64,000 bases of DNA from the human T2T-CHM13v2.0 reference genome, Homo sapiens, in NCBI RefSeq assembly GCF_009914755.1, contig NC_060925.1. The stretch is one strand, 5' to 3'. The position numbers and the translations under genes were made by a program. This document shows, in pieces, positions 59,201 to 64,000 of this stretch. The notes below the pieces were generated by a model that was given only the letters and a program-made list of their open reading frames with translations, made no database searches and was not told where the DNA came from. The number at the start of each line of letters is the position of its first letter. The stretch's first letter is position 1.

Positions 59201-62200
59201 TGGACTCGAATGGAATCAACATCAAACGGAATCAAGCGGAATTATCGAATGGAATCGAAGAGAATCATCGAATGGACTCGAATGGAATCATCTTCTAATG
59301 GAAAGGAATGGAATCATCGCATAGAATCGAATGGAATTATCATCGAATGGAATCGAATGGTATCAACACCAAACGGAAAAAAACGGAATTATCGAATGGA
59401 ATCGAAGAGAATCTTCGAACGGACCCGAATGGAATCATCTAATGGAATGGAATGGAATAATCCATGTACTCGAATGCAATCATCATCGAATGGAATCGAA
59501 TGGAATCATCGAATGGACTCGAATGGAATAATCATTGAACGGAATCGAATGGAATCATCATCGGATGGAAATGAATGGAATCATCATCGAATGGAATCGA
59601 ATAGAATTATGGAATGAAATCCAGTGTGATCATCATCGAATGGACCCGAATGGAATCATCATCCAACGGAAGCTAATGGAATCAACATCGAATGAATCGA
59701 ATGGAAACACCATCGAATTGAAACGAATGGAATTATCATGAAATTGAAATGGATGGACTCATCATCGAATGGATTCGAATGGAATCATCGAATAAAATTG
59801 ATTGAAATCATCATCAAATGGAATCGAATGGTATCATTGAATGGAATCGAATGGAATCATCATCAGATGGAAATGAATGGAATCGTCATAGAATGGAATC
59901 GAATGGATTCATTGAATGGAATCAGATGGAATCATCGAATGGACTGGAATGGAATCATTGAATGGACTCGAAAGGGATCATGATTGAATGGAATTGAATG
60001 GAATCATCGAATGGTCTCGATTGGAATCATTATCAAATGGAATCGAATGGAATCACCGAATAGAATCGAATGGAACAATCATCGAATGGACTCAAATGGA
60101 ATTATCCTCCAATGGAATCGAATGGAATTATCGAATGCAATCGAATGGAATTATCGAATGCAATCGAATAGAATCATCGAATGGACTCGAATGGAATCAT
60201 CGAATGGAATGGAATGGAACAGTCAATGAACTCGAATGGAATCATCATTGAATGGAATCGAATGGAATCATCGAGTGGAATCGAATGGAATTATGATCAA
60301 ATGGAATCGAATGTAATCATCATCAAATGGAATCAAAAATAACCATCATCAATTGGTATTGAATGGAATTGTCATCAAATGGAATTCAAAGGAATCATCA
60401 TCAAATGGAACCGAATGGAATCCTCATTGAATGGAAATGAAAGGGGTCATCATCTAATGGAATCGCATGGAATCATCATCAAATGGAATCGAATGGAATC
60501 ATCATCAAATGGAATCTAATGGAATCATTGAACAGAATTGAATGGAATCGTCATCGAATGAATTGAATGCAATCATCGAATGGTCTCGAATGGAATCATC
60601 TTCTAATGGAAAGGAATGGAATCATCGCATAGAATCGAATGGAATTATCATCGAATGGAATCGAATGGTATCAACACCAAACGGAAAAAAACGGAATTAT
60701 CGAATGGAATCGAAGAGAATCTTCGAACGGACCCGAATGGAATCATCTAATGGAATGGAATGGAATAATCCATGGACTCGAATGCAATCATCATCGAATG
60801 GAATCGAATGGAATCATCGAATGGACTCGAATGGAATAATCATTGAACGGAATCGAATGGAATCATCATCGGATGGAAACGAATGGAATCAACATCGAAT
60901 TGAAATGAAAGGAGTCATCATCTAATGGAATTGCATGGAATCATCATAAAATGGAATCGAATGGAATCAACATCAAATGGAATCAAATGGAATCATTGAA
61001 CGGAATTGAATGGAATCGTCATCGAATGAATTGACTGCAATCATCGAATGGTCTCGAATGGAATCATCTTCAAATGGAATGGAATGGAATCATCGCATAG
61101 AATCGAATGGAATTATCATCGAATGGAATCGAATGGAATCAACATCAAACGGAAAAAAACGGAATTATCGAATGGAATCGAAGAGAATCATCGAATGGAC
61201 CCAAATGGAATCATCTAATGGAATGGAATGGAATAATCCATGGACTCGAATGCAATCATCATCGAATGGAATCGAATGGAATCATCGAATGAATTCGAAT
61301 GGAATCATCATTGAATGGAATCGAATGGAATCATCGAGTGGAATCGAATGGAATTATGATCAAATGGAATCGAATGTAATCATCATCAAATGGAATCAAA
61401 AATAACCATCATCAATTGGTATTGAATGGAATTGTCATCAAATGGAATTCAAAGGAATCATCATCAAATGGAACCGAATGGAATCCTCATTGAATGGAAA
61501 TGAAAGGGGTCATCATCTAATGGAATCGCATGGAATCATCATCAAATGGAATCGAATGGAATCATCATCAAATGGAATCTAATGGAATCATTGAACAGAA
61601 TTGAATGGAATCGTCATCGAATGAATTGAATGCAATCATCGAATGGTCTCGAATGGAATCATCTTCTAATGGAAAGGAATGGAATCATCGCATAGAATCG
61701 AATGGAATTATCATCGAATGGAATCGAATGGTATCAACACCAAACGGAAAAAAACGGAATTATCGAATGGAATCGAAGAGAATCTTCGAACGGACCCGAA
61801 TGGAATCATCTAATGGAATGGAATGGAATAATCCATGGACTCGAATGCAATCATCATCGAATGGAATCGAATGGAATCATCGAATGGACTCGAATGGAAT
61901 AATCATTGAACGGAAACGAATGGAATCATCATCGGATGGAAATGAATGGAATCATCATCGAATGGAATCGAATAGAATTATGGAATGCAATCCAGTGTGA
62001 TCATCATCGAATGGACCCGAATGGAATCATCATCCAACGGAAGCTAATGGAATCAACATCGAATGAATCGAATGGAAACACCATCGAATTGAAACGAATG
62101 GAATTATCATGAAATTGAAATGGATGGACTCATCATCGAATGGATTCGAATGGAATCATCGAATAAAATTGATTGAAATCATCATCGAATGGAATCGAAT

Positions 62201-64000
62201 TGTATCATTGAATGGAATCGAATGGAATCATCATCAGATGGAAATGAATGGAATCGTCATAGAATGGAATCGAATGGATTCATTGAATGGAATCAGATGG
62301 AATCATCGAATGGACTGGAATGGAATCATTGAATGGACTCAAAAGGGATCATGATTGAATGGAGTTGAATGGAATCATCGAATGGTCTCGATTGGAATCA
62401 TTATCAAATGGAATCGAATGGAATCACCGAATAGAATCGAATGGAACAATCATCGAATGGACTCAAATGGAATTATCCTCCAATGGAATCGAATGGAATT
62501 ATCGAATGCAATCGAATGGAATTATCGAATGCAATAGAATAGAATCATCGAATGGACTCGAATGGAATCATCGAATGGAATGGAATGGAACAGTCAATGA
62601 ACTCGAATGGAATCATCATTGAATGGAATCGAATGGAATCATCGAGTGGAATCGAATGGAATTATGATCAAATGGAATCGAATATAATCATCATCAAATG
62701 GAATTAAAAATAACCATCATCAATTGGTATTGAATGGAATTCTCATCAAATGGAATTCAAAAGAATCATCATCAAATGGAACTGAATGGAATCCTCATTG
62801 AATGGAAATGAAAGGGGTCATCATCTAATGGAATCGCATGGAATCATCATCAAATGGAATCGAATGGAATCATCATCAAATGGAATCTGATGGAATCATT
62901 GAACAGAATTGAATGGAATCGTCATCGAATGAATTGAATGCAATCATCGAATGGTCTTGAATGCAATCACATTCTAATGGAAAGGAATGGAATCATCGCA
63001 TAGAATCGAATGGAATTAACATTGAATGGACTCGAATGGAATCAACATCAAACGGAATCAAGCGGAATTATCGAATGGAATCGAAGAGAATCATCGAATG
63101 GACTCGAATGGAATCATCTTCTAATGGAAAGGAATGGAATCATCGCATAGAATCGAATGGAATTATCATCGAATGGAATCGAATGGTATCAACACCAAAC
63201 GGAAAAAAACGGAATTATCGAATGGAATCGAAGAGAATCTTCGAACGGACCCGAATGGAATCATCTAATGGAATGGAATGGAATAATCCATGTACTCGAA
63301 TGCAATCATCATCGAATGGAATCGAATGGAATCATCGAATGGACTCGAATGGAATAATCATTGAACGGAATCGAATGGAATCATCATCGGATGGAAATGA
63401 ATGGAATCATCATCGAATGGAATCGAATAGAATTATGGAATGAAATCCAGTGTGATCATCATCGAATGGACCCGAATGGAATCATCATCCAACGGAAGCT
63501 AATGGAATCAACATCGAATGAATCGAATGGAAACACCATCGAATTGAAACGAATGGAATTATCATGAAATTGAAATGGATGGACTCATCATCGAATGGAT
63601 TCGAATGGAATCATCGAATAAAATTGATTGAAATCATCATCAAATGGAATCGAATGGTATCATTGAATGGAATCGAATGGAATCATCATCAGATGGAAAT
63701 GAATGGAATCGTCATAGAATGGAATCGAATGGATTCATTGAATGGAATCAGATGGAATCATCGAATGGACTGGAATGGAATCATTGAATGGACTCGAAAG
63801 GGATCATGATTGAATGGAATTGAATGGAATCATCGAATGGTCTCGATTGGAATCATTATCAAATGGAATCGAATGGAATCACCGAATAGAATCGAATGGA
63901 ACAATCATCGAATGGACTCAAATGGAATTATCCTCCAATGGAATCGAATGGAATTATCGAATGCAATCGAATGGAATTATCGAATGCAATCGAATAGAAT

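Larger units (their letters stand above)
1..64000 (+). repeat. Human Satellite II (HSat2) pericentromeric tandem array
   Basis: Continuous diverged GGAAT pentamers built into 23/26-bp monomers such as GAATGGAATC-GAATGGAATC-(ATC)1-2, the reverse complement of the classical satellite 2 consensus (ATTCCATTCG)2(ATG)1-2. TCGA (TaqI) density is very high and perfect GGAAT runs are only about 3 copies, unlike HSat3. Confidence 0.97.
46800..64000 (+). repeat. 9183-bp higher-order tandem repeat (about 1.9 copies, runs off the window)
   Basis: 47162/56345, 48841/58024, 49904/59087, 52422/61605 and 53778/62961 are all +9183. The unit series 1776-1063-1455-1063-1308-1455-1063 sums to 9183. Confidence 0.94.

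Noticed and set aside
427-63809. Numerous repeated ORFs of 60-176 aa (MESSSNELNAIIEW..., MKLKWMDSS..., MELSSNGIEW...)
   Set aside because: They are low-complexity translations of GGAAT/ATC repeats, overlap in several frames, and are freely broken by stops and frameshifts between copies. Database hits to similar hypothetical proteins would most likely be satellite mis-annotation or human contamination.
1-64000. All ORFs lie on the + strand
   Set aside because: Composition explains it. ATG is part of the pentamer repeat on +, while abundant TCA on + gives TGA stops on the - strand. It shows only that there is no inversion.
1-64000. CRISPR-like or other repeat-spacer array
   Set aside because: There are no unique spacers and no cas or other genes. 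Everything between landmarks is itself satellite.
1-64000. HSat3 (e.g. DYZ1, chr9) or alpha satellite identity
   Set aside because: There are no long perfect GGAAT runs, no 171-bp monomer and no CENP-B box. The CATCAT and TCGA content and 1.77-kb period fit HSat2.
1-64000. Embedded transposon (Alu/L1), inversion or foreign insert
   Set aside because: None seen on read-through. Unit spacings are fully accounted for by satellite-derived indels, leaving no room for a sizeable insert.

Overview
The whole 64 kb window is one uninterrupted tandem array of human (primate) Satellite II (HSat2), a diverged (GGAAT)n/(CATTC)n satellite rich in GAATGGAATC, CATCAT and TCGA. The GGAAT strand is + throughout. 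The basic unit is 1776 bp with one conserved EcoRI site, which fits the 1.77 kb chromosome 1q12 type. I see no gene, transposon, RNA gene, unique sequence or inversion, and the ORFs are translation artefacts of the repeat. What is notable is the architecture. Unit length follows about 840 + 468n bp (1308, 1776, 2244, 2712). Units are grouped into nested higher-order repeats of 4042 within 11168 bp (left), 6731/7199 bp (centre-left) and 3826 within 9183 bp (right), separated by a more diverged zone at about 30.5-46.8 kb. Structural variants include a recurrent 713-bp deletion with two junction types, a 147-bp chimeric duplication, a 23-bp monomer gain, a 10-bp deletion and a two-junction 472-bp insertion. 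I cannot support a new protein-coding system here. Periods were derived by hand from ORF-track offsets and shared variants, and block boundaries are approximate.
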